This document shows, in pieces, positions 29,823 to 40,187 of a stretch of DNA of 64,000 nucleotides. Made by a program: the position numbers and the translations under genes. This stretch comes from Phreatobacter sp. GTDB lineage: Bacteria; Pseudomonadota; Alphaproteobacteria; Rhizobiales; Phreatobacteraceae. A model generated the notes under the pieces. It was not told the origin of the DNA, ran no database searches, and was given only the letters and a program-made list of their open reading frames with translations. Location: NCBI GenBank assembly GCA_046295035.1, contig JBKBOA010000001.1:42018-106017 (forward strand), read 5' to 3'. Within the stretch, counting starts at the first letter, position 1; each line of letters begins with the position of its first letter.

Positions 29823-31331
29823 ATGATCTCCGTCCGACTCACGATCCTGTCTTCGGTTCTGGTTCTCAGCTGCGCCCTGGCCGCGCCGCTCGCCGCGCAG
29901 GCCCCCGCTCCCGCCGCAGCGCCCCATGCCATCGAGGTCGAGGTCGACCGCCAGACCTGTCTGGCCACGCCCACGGCGGCCTGCGTCGCCGAACTGGCGC
30001 TTCTGGCCGCGCGCGAGGAGCCGGAGGGCTGGGCCGGCACGGCGGCCTTCGAGGCCTTCCTGCAGAACGATCCCGACCCGGCCGCGCGCGATCGCTGGAT
30101 GCAGCGCTACGAGGCCTGGGCGCGGGTGGCAACCGTCGATGGGCTGAAGGAACGGATCATCCCGGTGCGGGCCGAGCATCTGGCCCGCAAGGGCGATTTT
30201 GCCGGCGCCTATCGGGAGCTCGGGCTGGACAAGGCCCAGCCCGATGGCCTGTCGGAGCCCTCGGTGCTGATCCTGGACGAAGCGCGTGCCGGCCGCATCG
30301 TCGACGCCCTGGCGCGGATCGATCGGCTGGTGGAAGCCGATAGCCGCGACGACCTGAGGCTGGAGATCCTGGAACTGGCCCTGGCCCGCGCCGCCGATCA
30401 GGCCAATGCGGCCGAGAACGCGATCAAGGACCGGTTCAGCCGCCGGCTGGCCCAGGCCCTGCGCGCGGGCGCGCGCGGCGACATGGCAATTGCCCGCTCC
30501 ATCGAGGAATGGACGCGCGGCGCGCGCGAGGGGCAGACGGCGCCGTTCGACGACCGCGACACCGCCCGGCGCGAGAGCTGGGATTACGTGCTGCGGGGAG
30601 CGATCGCCGCGAAGAATCTCGATGGCTTCCGGGCGGCGCTGGCGGCCCGCCCCCCCTTCACGACGGCTGCGGACGCCGAATCGGCTTCGCGGATCCTGCG
30701 GGTGCTGATGCGCGAGGGACGTGCCGACTGGATCCGCGCGCTCGGCCCTGCGCTGAAGCTGCCGCCGGACGAGACGGTGTCGGTCGACGAGGACATCGGG
30801 CCGATGCGCTCCCTTCCGCCCGACCAGCTCGTGGCGGTGGCACGCGCGGCCGAGGCAACCGGCTCGGTGCGCGGCGCCATCACCGATACCGCCATCGAGA
30901 TGCTGGTGGCGCGCGGGGCTGTCGACGAGGCGCGGGAGGCCTTCATCTCCCTCGGCCGGATCGACGAACTCAACCGCGTGAGCTTCGATCAGGAGCGCAT
31001 CGGCATCGTGTTCGAGACCCTGTGGCGCGCCATTGTCGGCCGCGGGCCCAGGGAGGTCGTCGATGCCATGGCCGCGCGCATCACCTCGCAGGGCGCGCGC
31101 GACTACATGGCGCGGGTCGAGCGCCTCGCGGCGCGCATGCGCGAGATCGCGGCCGGCAACAAGGGCGAGGAACCGGCCGATGACGAATGGGCGATCATGC
31201 TCGACATCGCCGTTGCCTCCGGCGAGGCGGTGACCATGACCAGGATTGCCGATGCGATGAAGGATCCGGGCCTGCGATCGACCGCCTTCGTCCAGGTGGC
31301 CCGCAACCTGTGGGAGCGCGCCGGACGCTAG
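29823..31331 (+). CDS. Hypothetical exported alpha-helical (TPR/HEAT-like) protein, about 500 aa
   Basis: Signal peptide ([12 protein letters not shown]); GC3-rich codon usage in this frame; recurring amphipathic helical pairs; start may be 29805. Confidence 0.7.
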   Translation: MISVRLTILSSVLVLSCALAAPLAAQAPAPAAAPHAIEVEVDRQTCLATPTAACVAELALLAAREEPEGWAGTAAFEAFLQNDPDPAARDRWMQRYEAWARVATVDGLKERIIPVRAEHLARKGDFAGAYRELGLDKAQPDGLSEPSVLILDEARAGRIVDALARIDRLVEADSRDDLRLEILELALARAADQANAAENAIKDRFSRRLAQALRAGARGDMAIARSIEEWTRGAREGQTAPFDDRDTARRESWDYVLRGAIAAKNLDGFRAALAARPPFTTAADAESASRILRVLMREGRADWIRALGPALKLPPDETVSVDEDIGPMRSLPPDQLVAVARAAEATGSVRGAITDTAIEMLVARGAVDEAREAFISLGRIDELNRVSFDQERIGIVFETLWRAIVGRGPREVVDAMAARITSQGARDYMARVERLAARMREIAAGNKGEEPADDEWAIMLDIAVASGEAVTMTRIADAMKDPGLRSTAFVQVARNLWERAGR

Positions 31332-31339
31332 GCGGGTTC

Positions 31340-31966
31340 CTACTGGCTCACCCACATGATCCGCGCCATCCAGGCGACATCGGACACAGGGATCACCCGC
31401 TCGGCATGATCGGCATTGAGCGAGGTGAGTTCGACCGTCCGGTTGGTCTGGCGCTTCAGCTCCTTGGCCATGATCTCGCCATCCGTCGTCTGGACCACCA
31501 CGCGGTCGCCGCGCCGGATGGCGGCCGAGGGCGAGACCACGATCCGGTCGCCGTCCCGATAGACGGGCAGCATGGAGTCACCCTGGATCTCGAGGGCATA
31601 GAGAGCCTCGTCCTGGACATCCGGGAAGGAGACCTCGTCCCAGCCGCTGCCCGCCGGATAGCCGCTCGCATCGAAATAGCCGCCGGCACCGGCCTGGGCG
31701 AAACCGAGCAGGGGCAGCGGCCGCGCCGTCATCTTCCGTCCTCCGACCAGCGCAACGAAATCCCCGAAGGTCGTGCCGGTGGCGTGCAGCACCTTGGCGA
31801 TCGACTCCGTGGAGGGCCAGCGCTCGCGGCCATCCAGCATGATCCGCTTGGACTTGTTGAAGGTTGTCGCATCCAGCCCGGCGCGCTTCGCCAGACCCGA
31901 GGTGGACAGGCCATGGCTTTCCGCCAGCTTGTCGATGGCCATCCAGATATCGGAATGGGAGAACAT
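31340..31966 (-). CDS. HTH + S24 peptidase (LexA/CI-like) transcriptional regulator
   Basis: IWMAIDKLA...[19 protein letters not shown]...RWPSTESI; AQAG cleavage region; GDSM (Ser) and MAKEL (Lys). Confidence 0.92.
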   Translation of the reverse strand: MFSHSDIWMAIDKLAESHGLSTSGLAKRAGLDATTFNKSKRIMLDGRERWPSTESIAKVLHATGTTFGDFVALVGGRKMTARPLPLLGFAQAGAGGYFDASGYPAGSGWDEVSFPDVQDEALYALEIQGDSMLPVYRDGDRIVVSPSAAIRRGDRVVVQTTDGEIMAKELKRQTNRTVELTSLNADHAERVIPVSDVAWMARIMWVSQ

Positions 31967-32141
31967 GGAGAACCTCCGGCCGGTGCGCCACGGCGCGAAC
32001 GCCGAGCCCTGGCCTTGCCCGCACACTTAAGGATCTTTATCTAGTGTTGAGACTATTTCCCTTCAATGCCCCTGTCAATGCAGGATGGCTGCGCCATCAG
32101 GCGGCCCATCCCGCCGAGCCTGACCGTGCACGAGCCCGCCG

Positions 32142-32513
32142 ATGACCCTGATCTTCAAGATCTGCGACCGTCCTGCCTGGGAAGAGGCCGAGCGCATCGG
32201 CCGTTTCACCGGCGCGCCCGTGGACCTCGCCGATGGCTATATCCACTTCTCCGCCGCCGATCAGGTGCGCGAGACGGCAGCGCGGCACTTCTCCGGTCGC
32301 CCGGATCTGGTGCTCGTCGCCGTCGATCCCGCGGCTCTGGGCCCGGCGCTGAAATGGGAGGCCTCGCGCGGCGGGGCGCTGTTCCCGCATCTCTATGCGG
32401 ACCTGCCGCTCTGCGCCGTTGTCTGGGTCCGGCCCCTGCCGCTCGGGCCCGACGGCCTGCACGTGTTCGGCGACCTCACAGCCGCAGGGCCCGGGCCGCG
32501 CGATAGCCGGTGA
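32142..32513 (+). CDS. DUF952 family protein
   Basis: IFKI, DLADGYIHFS, LKWEASRGGALFPHLY. Confidence 0.92.
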   Translation: MTLIFKICDRPAWEEAERIGRFTGAPVDLADGYIHFSAADQVRETAARHFSGRPDLVLVAVDPAALGPALKWEASRGGALFPHLYADLPLCAVVWVRPLPLGPDGLHVFGDLTAAGPGPRDSR

Positions 32514-33093
32514 CCATGCGGGCGGCCCCGGAGATGAGGCAGGCCATGGCGAAGATCACCGCCAGGACCGGGAAGAGCTGCGGCATCAGCGTCACGGCCA
32601 CCAGGAACAGGATGGTCTCGGCGCCCTCGGCCAGCCCCCACATGTAGTGGAACGACTTGGCCCTGGGCATGGCTGCGATGCCGGGGTGGCGGGCGGCGAG
32701 CGTCGCAAAGGCGAGGAAGGCCGAGCCGTTGACGTAGAACGAGAACAAGAGGATCGCCGCCGGCAGGCCGTAGATTTCGGGCGCGTGCAGGGCAAAGCCG
32801 ACCGGAACGGCGCCGTAGAAGACGAAATCGCAGGTGATGTCGAGGAACCCGCCGGCCTCGGTCCGGCCCGATGCCTTGGCCACGGCACCGTCGAGGCCGT
32901 CGCACAACCGATTGGCGATCACCAGGGCGAGGGCCGTCAGGAAGGCCCCGAAGGCCGAGGCCAGGCCGGCGCCGATGCCGAGCCCAAGGCCGACAAGGGT
33001 CACGTGGTCGGCCGCGATGCCCCGACGGGCCAGGGCAGCTCCGACGGGGTCGAGCATCGGGTCGATCAGCCGACGCAGCTGGGTGTCGATCAT
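32476..33093 (-). CDS. CDP-alcohol phosphatidyltransferase family protein (YnjF-like)
   Basis: DGLDGAVAK...GGFLDITCD signature; GLAEGAET. Confidence 0.9.
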   Translation of the reverse strand: MIDTQLRRLIDPMLDPVGAALARRGIAADHVTLVGLGLGIGAGLASAFGAFLTALALVIANRLCDGLDGAVAKASGRTEAGGFLDITCDFVFYGAVPVGFALHAPEIYGLPAAILLFSFYVNGSAFLAFATLAARHPGIAAMPRAKSFHYMWGLAEGAETILFLVAVTLMPQLFPVLAVIFAMACLISGAARMVTGYRAARALRL

Positions 33094-33183
33094 GGCGCCT
33101 CCATGTTGACAGCCTGCCGCTGCTTGGCGAGCCTGTCACGGGGCGTCTGCCGGGCCACGGGGCCTGCCGACAGGGGGCTCGTC

Positions 33184-33576
33184 ATGTATCGCGCCATCAC
33201 CCGCGGAATCCAGATCACGGTCCAGCCGCAGTTCCTGCCCGAACGCTCCGACCCGGACAGCAACCAGTTCTTCTGGGCCTACCGGATCGAGATCGTGAAC
33301 CTGTCGCCGGACACGGTCCAGCTGCGGACCCGTTACTGGCGGATCACCGACGGGCGCGGACAGGTCCAGGAGGTGCGCGGTCCGGGGGTGGTCGGCGAGC
33401 AGCCGATCATCGAGCCCGGGGGCGCCTTCGCCTATACGTCCGGCTGCCCCCTGACCACGCCATCCGGCATCATGGCCGGCCACTATGTGATGGTGACGGA
33501 GCGTGACACGGTGTTCGAGGCCGAGATCCCGGCCTTCTCGCTCGACAGCCCCCATGCCCGGCGCACGGTGAACTGA
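33184..33576 (+). CDS. apaG: ApaG protein
   Basis: WAYRIEI, RYWRITD, GPGVVGEQP, YTSGCPL, GIMAGHY. Confidence 0.96.
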   Translation: MYRAITRGIQITVQPQFLPERSDPDSNQFFWAYRIEIVNLSPDTVQLRTRYWRITDGRGQVQEVRGPGVVGEQPIIEPGGAFAYTSGCPLTTPSGIMAGHYVMVTERDTVFEAEIPAFSLDSPHARRTVN

Positions 33577-33579
33577 GCC

Positions 33580-34326
33580 TCAGGCCAGGGCGCGGACGAG
33601 CTGCACGATCGCCAATGTGCAGACCAGCGCCCCGACCAGGGCCATGAGCCGGTGCGGGGCGATGTGCTTGACCAGATAGCCACCGAGCGGGGCGGCCAGC
33701 ACCCCGCCGATGACCAGGGCGATGACATGTTCGAGATGGGCAAGACCCAGCTCGATGAAGAAGGTGGTGGCGACCGCCACGGTGACGAAGAACTCGGCGG
33801 CATTGACCGAGCCGATGACCCGCCGCGGCGCCTGGCCCGAGCCGATCAGGGTCGAGGTCACCATCGGTCCCCAGCCGCCGCCGCCAACAGCATCGAGGAA
33901 GCCGCCGACCAGACCGAGCGGCGCAGCATGGCCGGGCCGGGCATCCTCGGTGACCGGGCTCAGGCGCAGCGCCTTCACCAGGATCAGCAGGCCGACGATC
34001 AGCAGGTAGCCGGCGACGAACGGCTGGATGGCCCGCCCGTCCACGTTCGACAGGATATAGGCGCCAAGCACCCCGCCGCAGACGCCCGCGATGCCCAGCG
34101 TCAGGAACAGCCTCGGGTCGATGTTGCGGAAGTAGAGATGCGACAGCGCCGAGGCCCCGGTGGTCGCGACCTCGGCCGTGTGGGTGGCGGCGCTTGCCTG
34201 CGCCGGCGGCAGCCCCATGGACAGCATCACCGTGGTGGCGATCAGGCCGAAGGCCATACCGAGGGCGCCATCGACCAGCTGCGCGAAGAAGCCGACCGCC
34301 ACGAGCAGGAAGAACTCGACCGACAC
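33580..34326 (-). CDS. TauE/SafE (TSUP) family membrane transporter
   Basis: AQLVDGALGMAFG, GFLDAVGGGGWGP, GSVNAAEF; GTG start 9 nt after GGGAGG. Confidence 0.9.
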   Translation of the reverse strand: MSVEFFLLVAVGFFAQLVDGALGMAFGLIATTVMLSMGLPPAQASAATHTAEVATTGASALSHLYFRNIDPRLFLTLGIAGVCGGVLGAYILSNVDGRAIQPFVAGYLLIVGLLILVKALRLSPVTEDARPGHAAPLGLVGGFLDAVGGGGWGPMVTSTLIGSGQAPRRVIGSVNAAEFFVTVAVATTFFIELGLAHLEHVIALVIGGVLAAPLGGYLVKHIAPHRLMALVGALVCTLAIVQLVRALA

Positions 34327-34427
34327 GCGCCATCGCCTCCCGCGTCGCTGGTCCCCGACCTCAGCCTAGACGATCCTGCGGTGCGGCATGAAGCCCCACG
34401 TCAATACGGCCTTGCCGGACGCGCTGA

Positions 34428-35207
34428 TCAGATGGCGGTAAGGCCGCCGTCCACGGCGACAGCCTGTCCGGTCATGAAGGCGTTTTCCGGCGAGCACATC
34501 CAGAGCATGGCCTGAACGATCTCGTCGGTGGTTCCCGGACGCCGCATCGGCATGGTCTGGACCAGCTTGCCGATCATCTCCTCCTGCGGCCTGTCGGTGC
34601 TCAGGAGCGATTGCGTCAGCATCGGCGTCTCGGCGAAGGCCGGGCAGATGGCGTTGATGCGGATACCCTTGCGCGCCGTCTCGGCGGCGGCGGTGCGGGT
34701 GAGCCCGACCACCGCGTGCTTGGCGGCCGCATAGGCGGCCAGCAGCGGCGCGCCGACCAGGCCGGCGACCGAGGCGGTGTTGAGGATGACGCCTCCGCCC
34801 TGTCGTTCCATGACCGGAATCTGCGCCTTCATGCCGAAGAACACACCCATCACGTTGACGTCGAGCATCAGCCGCATCAGGGCCTCATCGGTCGCCTGCA
34901 GCTTGATCGTGCCATGGGCAACGCCGGCATTGTTCAGCGCGATGTCCAGTCGGCCGAATCCGTCGGTTGCGGCGGCGACGAGGGCATCCACCGCCTCGGC
35001 CCGCGACACATCGGTCCGGCGGGCGATGGCCCGGCCGCCGGCGGCCGCGACCAAGCGCGCCGTCTCGTCGAGCCCGTCCTCGCGAATGTCGCCGAGAACC
35101 AGGCTCGCCCCCTCTGCGGCAAAGCGCTCGGCGGCCCGCCGGCCGAAGCCGGAGGCCGCGCCGGTGATGAGGACGACCTTGCCCTCGAAACGGCGTGCGC
35201 CGGTCAT
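34428..35207 (-). CDS. Short-chain dehydrogenase/reductase
   Basis: TGAASGFG, NNAG, YAAAK; ATGA overlap with the upstream kinase gene. Confidence 0.93.
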   Translation of the reverse strand: MTGARRFEGKVVLITGAASGFGRRAAERFAAEGASLVLGDIREDGLDETARLVAAAGGRAIARRTDVSRAEAVDALVAAATDGFGRLDIALNNAGVAHGTIKLQATDEALMRLMLDVNVMGVFFGMKAQIPVMERQGGGVILNTASVAGLVGAPLLAAYAAAKHAVVGLTRTAAAETARKGIRINAICPAFAETPMLTQSLLSTDRPQEEMIGKLVQTMPMRRPGTTDEIVQAMLWMCSPENAFMTGQAVAVDGGLTAI

Positions 35208-36256
35208 CGGCGGTCCTTTCCGTCGATCACGTCCACGGCCATGCGCGCGAGCACGGGAATGTTGTCACGCACCTGCAGCGCCCGTTCCGGATTGGACGCA
35301 TTGCCGGACAGCGCGCGCTTCAGCACCCCCTGCAGGATGGCGGCCATGCGGAACAGCGAGAAGGCGAGATAGAAATCCCAGTTGGGGATGCCGTCCAGGC
35401 CGGCGCGCGCGCAGTAGCGGGCGACATAGTCCTCCTCGGTCGGAATGCCGATGGCCTTGCGGTCGATGCCGGCAAGTCCCCGGAAGGAACCGGCATGCGG
35501 CAGGCGCCAGTGCATGCACTGGTAGGCGATGTCGGCGAAGGGATGGCCGATGGTCGACAGCTCCCAGTCGAGGATGGCGAGCAGGCGCGGCTCGCCATGG
35601 GCGAAGATCATGTTGTCGATCCGGTAGTCGCCATGGACCAGCGATGACCGGCCATCGTCCGGCGGCAGGTTCTGGTCCAGCCAGGCGATCACCCGGTCGA
35701 TATCGGCGATGGTCTCGGTCTCGGAGGCGCGGTACTGCTCGGTCCAGCGGGTGAGCTGACGGGCGAAGTAGTTGCCGGGCCGACCGAAATCGGCGAGCCC
35801 CACCCTGGCCGGATCGACCGCGTGGAGCGCGGCGAGCGCCGCGTTCATCGCATCATAGATGGCGCCGCGATGGTCGTTGTCGACCTCCGGGATGGCGGGA
35901 TCCCAGATGATGCGGCCGTCGATCCATTCCATCACGTAGAAGGCCGTGCCGATGACCGCCTCGTCCTCGCACAGCACATACATCTTCGGCACGGGAACAT
36001 CGGTGTCGCCCAGCGCCTTCATCACCCGATATTCACGGTCCACGGCATGGGCCGACTTGAGCAGCTGGCCGGGCGGCTTCTTGCGCAGCACGGCCTTGCC
36101 GCCGGCATGAGTGATGAGGAAGGTCGGGTTGGACTGGCCGCCGGCGAACTTCTCCGCCTTCACTGGCCCGCGGAATCCGGGCCAATGGGCTTCGAGATAG
36201 GCGCCAAGGGCCGTTTCGTCGATGGTCATGGCAGACGTCGCTGCAGGCGTGGCCAA
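35204..36256 (-). CDS. APH/ChoK-family phosphotransferase (ACAD10/11 N-terminal, LvaA-like)
   Basis: GGQSNPTF, VLRKKPPG, SAHAVDREY, HGDYRIDN, LDWELSTIGHP; TTG start with GGGAGG (alternative ATG 36229). Confidence 0.92.
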   Translation of the reverse strand: MATPAATSAMTIDETALGAYLEAHWPGFRGPVKAEKFAGGQSNPTFLITHAGGKAVLRKKPPGQLLKSAHAVDREYRVMKALGDTDVPVPKMYVLCEDEAVIGTAFYVMEWIDGRIIWDPAIPEVDNDHRGAIYDAMNAALAALHAVDPARVGLADFGRPGNYFARQLTRWTEQYRASETETIADIDRVIAWLDQNLPPDDGRSSLVHGDYRIDNMIFAHGEPRLLAILDWELSTIGHPFADIAYQCMHWRLPHAGSFRGLAGIDRKAIGIPTEEDYVARYCARAGLDGIPNWDFYLAFSLFRMAAILQGVLKRALSGNASNPERALQVRDNIPVLARMAVDVIDGKDRR

Positions 36257-36400
36257 GGCTGGTTTTCCTCCCGTGCGAGACGCGGCGGACCTGCGGTCCC
36301 GCCGCTCCCCCCGCGACGCAGGGCGCGCGGATCGTCCAACTGTGGCATGCGGGCCGGCCGGCCGTCCTCTCCGACGGACGGCCGAGCAGCCGCAGGCGGA

Positions 36401-37591
36401 TCAGCAGACCTCGAACAGGCCGGCCGCGCCCATGCCGCCGCCGATGCACATGGTCACCACCACGTGCCGGGCGCCCCGGCGCTTGCCCTCGATCAGGGCA
36501 TGGCCGGTCAGCCGCGCGCCGGAGACGCCGTAGGGATGGCCGACGGCAATGGCGCCGCCATTGACGTTGAGCCGGTCATTCGGGATGCCGAGCTTGTCGC
36601 GGCAGTAGATCACCTGCACGGCGAAGGCCTCGTTCAGCTCCCACAGGTCGATGTCCTCGACCTTCAGGCCGGTGCGCTGCAGCAGCTTCGGCACCGCATA
36701 GACCGGGCCGATGCCCATCTCGTCCGGCTCGCAGCCGGCGACGGCGAAGCCGCGGAAGATGCCGAGCGGCGAGAGGCCGCGCTTCTCGGCCAGGCGGCGT
36801 TCCATGACGATGGCCATGGAGGCGCCGTCCGAGAACTGGCTGGCATTGCCGGCGGCGATCACGCCGCCCTCGATCGCCGGGCGGATCTTGGACACCCCCT
36901 CGTAGGTGGTATCGGCGCGGATGCCCTCATCCTCGGTCAGCGTCACCTCCTCCTCCCAGGTGCGCACGACCTCCTTCTTCTCGTTGAGCTCGGACTTCAG
37001 CATCCGGGTGGTGAAGGGGACGATCTCCTGATCGAACTTGCGCCCCTGGCGGGCGGCGGCCGCGCGGCGCTGGCTTTCCACGCCATATTCGTCCTGCCGC
37101 TCGCGCGAGATGCCGTAGCGCTTGGCCACCATCTCGGCGGTCTGCAGCATGGACCAGTAGATTTCCGGCTTCTTCGCCTTCAGCGCCGGATCCTGGTAGT
37201 TGGAGCGGTTGGCCTGGTTCTGCACCAGCGAGATCGATTCCACGCCGCCGGCCGCATAGATGTCGGCCTCGCCCGACATGATGTTGCGGGCGGCCGTGGC
37301 GATGGTCTGCAGGCCCGACGAGCAGAAGCGGTTGATGGTCATGCCGGACACCGAGACCGGGCATCCGGCCGACAGGGCGATCTGGCGGGCAATGTTGCCG
37401 CCGGTGGCGCCTTCCGGCGTGGCGCAGCCGACGATGACATCCTCCACCTCGGCCGGATCGAGGCCGGCCCGCTCGATGGCGTGCTTCGTCACGTGGCCGC
37501 CCATGGAGGCGCCGTGGGTGTTGTTGAGGGCGCCCTTCCAGGACTTGGCGAGCCCGGTCCGGGCGGTGGAAACGATGACGGCTTCACGCAT
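36401..37591 (-). CDS. Acetyl-CoA C-acyltransferase (thiolase, PimB-like)
   Basis: [25 protein letters not shown]. Confidence 0.95.
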   Translation of the reverse strand: MREAVIVSTARTGLAKSWKGALNNTHGASMGGHVTKHAIERAGLDPAEVEDVIVGCATPEGATGGNIARQIALSAGCPVSVSGMTINRFCSSGLQTIATAARNIMSGEADIYAAGGVESISLVQNQANRSNYQDPALKAKKPEIYWSMLQTAEMVAKRYGISRERQDEYGVESQRRAAAARQGRKFDQEIVPFTTRMLKSELNEKKEVVRTWEEEVTLTEDEGIRADTTYEGVSKIRPAIEGGVIAAGNASQFSDGASMAIVMERRLAEKRGLSPLGIFRGFAVAGCEPDEMGIGPVYAVPKLLQRTGLKVEDIDLWELNEAFAVQVIYCRDKLGIPNDRLNVNGGAIAVGHPYGVSGARLTGHALIEGKRRGARHVVVTMCIGGGMGAAGLFEVC

Positions 37592-37620
37592 GGCTGATCT
37601 CCTTCGGATGGTCTCGGGCT

Positions 37621-38550
37621 TCAGCCACGCGGCGGAAGCGTGACGCCCTTGGCGGCGGCCGCCTTCATGGCGAACTTGGTGGTCTGCTCGAAGGCGCCCT
37701 GCAGCGCCTTCTGGCCGTCCGGGTTCGAGATGTCGTCGAAGCGGGCGGCAATCGTCTCCGGCGTGCGCTCGGCCTCGTCCAGCCAGATGCCGTCGGTTTC
37801 GTAGATGATGGTGCGGGCGAAGGCGCCGGCGCCGGCGCACAGGATGGTGCGCGAGGGCGCCTTCTCGCTGACCAGGAACAGCACGCCTGGCGTGATCGAT
37901 TCCGGGGTCAGCAGGGCCAGCGCCTCCGGCGACATCAGATCCTCGGTCATGCGTGTGGCCGCCGTCGGGGCGAGGGTGTTCACCCGGATGTCGTTCTTGG
38001 CGCCCTCCAGGTGCAGCACGTTCATCAGGCCGACCATGGCCGCCTTGGCGGCGCCGTAGTTGGACTGGCCGAAATTGCCGTAGAGGCCGGAGGAGGACGA
38101 GGTGAAGACGATGCGGCCATAATTCTGTGCGCGCATGATCTCCCAGACGGCCTTGGTGCAGTTGACGGTGCCCATCAGATGCACGTCGACCACCGCCTCG
38201 AAATCGGCCAGGTCCATCTTGGCGAAGGTCTTGTCGCGCAGGATGCCGGCATTGTTGATCAGGATGTCGACCCGGCCCCAGGCCTGCATGGTCTTCTGCA
38301 CCATGTCCTGGACCTGCCCGTAATCGGCGACATTGGCGCCATGGGCCATGGCCTCGCCGCCGGCCGCCCGGATCTCGGCGACGACCTTCTCGGCCGCCTC
38401 GGAGGAGCCGCCCGTGCCATCGCGGGCGCCGCCGAAATCGACGATCACGACCTTGGCGCCCCGGGCGGCAAGCCCCAGGGCATGGGAGCGGCCGAGACCG
38501 TTGCCGGCCCCGGTGACGATGGCGACACGCCCGTCGAAGCGAATGCTCAT
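37621..38550 (-). CDS. SDR, MFE-2-type 3-hydroxyacyl-CoA dehydrogenase
   Basis: [44 protein letters not shown] as in the dehydrogenase domain of peroxisomal MFE-2. Confidence 0.9.
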   Translation of the reverse strand: MSIRFDGRVAIVTGAGNGLGRSHALGLAARGAKVVIVDFGGARDGTGGSSEAAEKVVAEIRAAGGEAMAHGANVADYGQVQDMVQKTMQAWGRVDILINNAGILRDKTFAKMDLADFEAVVDVHLMGTVNCTKAVWEIMRAQNYGRIVFTSSSSGLYGNFGQSNYGAAKAAMVGLMNVLHLEGAKNDIRVNTLAPTAATRMTEDLMSPEALALLTPESITPGVLFLVSEKAPSRTILCAGAGAFARTIIYETDGIWLDEAERTPETIAARFDDISNPDGQKALQGAFEQTTKFAMKAAAAKGVTLPPRG

Positions 38551-38560
38551 GCGCAGTTCC

Positions 38561-39019
38561 TCACGCGAGATAGGACAGGGTGATCCAGTCGGCGACGAGA
38601 GCCGGCCTGTCCGAGCCCTCGACCTCGACGGTCACGGTATAGGTGGTCTGATGCTGCTTCGGGCTTCTCGATTCGAGCCCCTTGAGCACGAAGCGGCCGC
38701 GGATCCGCGCGCCCGAGCGCACCGGTGAGACCATGCGCAGCTTGTCAAAGCCGTAGTTCACGCCCATGGCGCGGCCCTTGATGTCGGGCAGCGCGTCATA
38801 GGCCATGGCCGAGAGCATGGACACGGTCAGGAAACCATGGGCGATGGTGCCGCCGAATGGCGTGTTCTTCGCCTTCTCCGGATCGACATGGATGAACTGG
38901 TGGTCGTGGGTGATGTCGGCGAAGGCATCGATGGCCGATTGCGGAATGTCGATCCACTTCGACAGCCCGACCTCCTGACCCACCTTGCCCGCCAGTTCCT
39001 CGATGGTCATCGTCGCCAT
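38561..39019 (-). CDS. MaoC/NodN-family (R)-specific enoyl-CoA hydratase
   Basis: FADITHDHQFIHVDP, GTIAHGFLT, NYGFDKLR. Confidence 0.92.
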   Translation of the reverse strand: MATMTIEELAGKVGQEVGLSKWIDIPQSAIDAFADITHDHQFIHVDPEKAKNTPFGGTIAHGFLTVSMLSAMAYDALPDIKGRAMGVNYGFDKLRMVSPVRSGARIRGRFVLKGLESRSPKQHQTTYTVTVEVEGSDRPALVADWITLSYLA

Positions 39020-39043
39020 GGTCTGAGTGCTCCGGTTGATCGG

Positions 39044-40180
39044 TCAGAAGCCGCGCGCCAGCGCGACCCGGTCGGTGTGGAAATCGGCATCGCCATAGAG
39101 CTCTGACGCCACCTGCATGCGCTTCATGAACAGGCCGATGTCGATGGCATCGGTCATGCCGATGCCGCCGTGCATCTGGATCGCCTCCTGGGTCGCGAGG
39201 CGGGCGACCTGCGCCGCCTTGGCCTTGGCCACCGAGACGGCGAGCGAGGCCTTGTCCGGATCGGCGTCCAGTGCCTGCAGTGCCGAGAGCACTGCCGAGC
39301 GGGCCAGCTCCACCTCGCAGAACAGCTGGGCCGCCCGGTGCTGCAGGGCCTGGAAGGCGCCGATGGCACGGCCGAACTGCTTGCGCTCCTTCAGGTAGGC
39401 GACAGTGCGGCCGAAGCTCTCCTGGGCATTGCCGGACAGCTCGGCGGCAAGGCCCGCCCGGCCGGCCGCGAGCACCGCCTCCAGGAGACCATGGCCGGCA
39501 TCGACCTCGCCGATGACCTCGTCGGCGGTCACCTGCACGCCCTCGAAGGTGAGCTCGGCGGCGCCGCGCGAATCGAGCGTCACGAGGCGTTCGGCGGACA
39601 GTCCCTTCGCCCGAGCATCGACCAGGAACAGGCTGATGCCGTCGGTCTCGCCCGGGGCTCCGGCGGTGCGGGCCGCCACGATCACCGCGTCAGCAGCCTG
39701 GCCGTCGACCACATAGGTCTTTGTGCCGGTGAGGCGGAAGCCGTTACCGGAGCGCTCGGCCTTCAGCGCGGTCTTCGCCGGGTCGTGCTTGCGCCCCTCG
39801 TCGACGGCGGTGGCGATGACCGCCTCGCCGGCGACGATGGCCGGCAGCCAGCGTTGCTTCTGCGCGGGCGTGCCCGCGCGCGCGAGCGCCGTGGCGGCCA
39901 TCATGGCGGTGGACAGGAACGGCGAGGCTGCGAGCGTGCGGCCCATTTCCTCGCAGATGACGCCGGCCCCGACGAAGCCGAAGCCGAGGCCGCCCTGATC
40001 CTCGGGCACCAGGATGCCGGTCCAGCCCATCTCCGCCATCTGGCGCCAGAGGTCGCGATCGAAGCCGTCGGCAACCCTCTCGTCCCGGATCTTCCGGAGC
40101 GCCGCCACCGGCGCCTTCTCGTGGACGAAGCCGCGGGCGGCGTCCTGCAGCATCACCTGATCTTCGGTCAGAACCAGCAT
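39044..40180 (-). CDS. Acyl-CoA dehydrogenase, probable non-catalytic (PimD-like) subunit
   Basis: RKQFGRAIGAFQALQHR, IQMHGGIG; lacks the YSEP and IxGGT motifs. Confidence 0.9.
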   Translation of the reverse strand: MLVLTEDQVMLQDAARGFVHEKAPVAALRKIRDERVADGFDRDLWRQMAEMGWTGILVPEDQGGLGFGFVGAGVICEEMGRTLAASPFLSTAMMAATALARAGTPAQKQRWLPAIVAGEAVIATAVDEGRKHDPAKTALKAERSGNGFRLTGTKTYVVDGQAADAVIVAARTAGAPGETDGISLFLVDARAKGLSAERLVTLDSRGAAELTFEGVQVTADEVIGEVDAGHGLLEAVLAAGRAGLAAELSGNAQESFGRTVAYLKERKQFGRAIGAFQALQHRAAQLFCEVELARSAVLSALQALDADPDKASLAVSVAKAKAAQVARLATQEAIQMHGGIGMTDAIDIGLFMKRMQVASELYGDADFHTDRVALARGF

Positions 40181-40187
40181 GGCACGC

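Noticed and set aside
28197-31355. Apparent 1052-aa DAHP synthase fusion
   Set aside because: The N-terminal part is the antisense of the 29823..31331 gene; the real start is ATG 29582 with an RBS.
31340-31966. Prophage repressor as evidence of a prophage
   Set aside because: No integrase, structural or replication genes; the flanks are housekeeping genes.
32476-32513. Convergent 3' overlaps (also 60487..60517)
   Set aside because: Short tail-to-tail overlaps are common in GC-rich genomes; no sign of function.
34320-34340. Out-of-frame ATG next to the tauE RBS, suggesting a frameshift
   Set aside because: That ATG is only 2 nt from GGGAGG; the in-frame GTG at 9 nt spacing gives a full-length protein.
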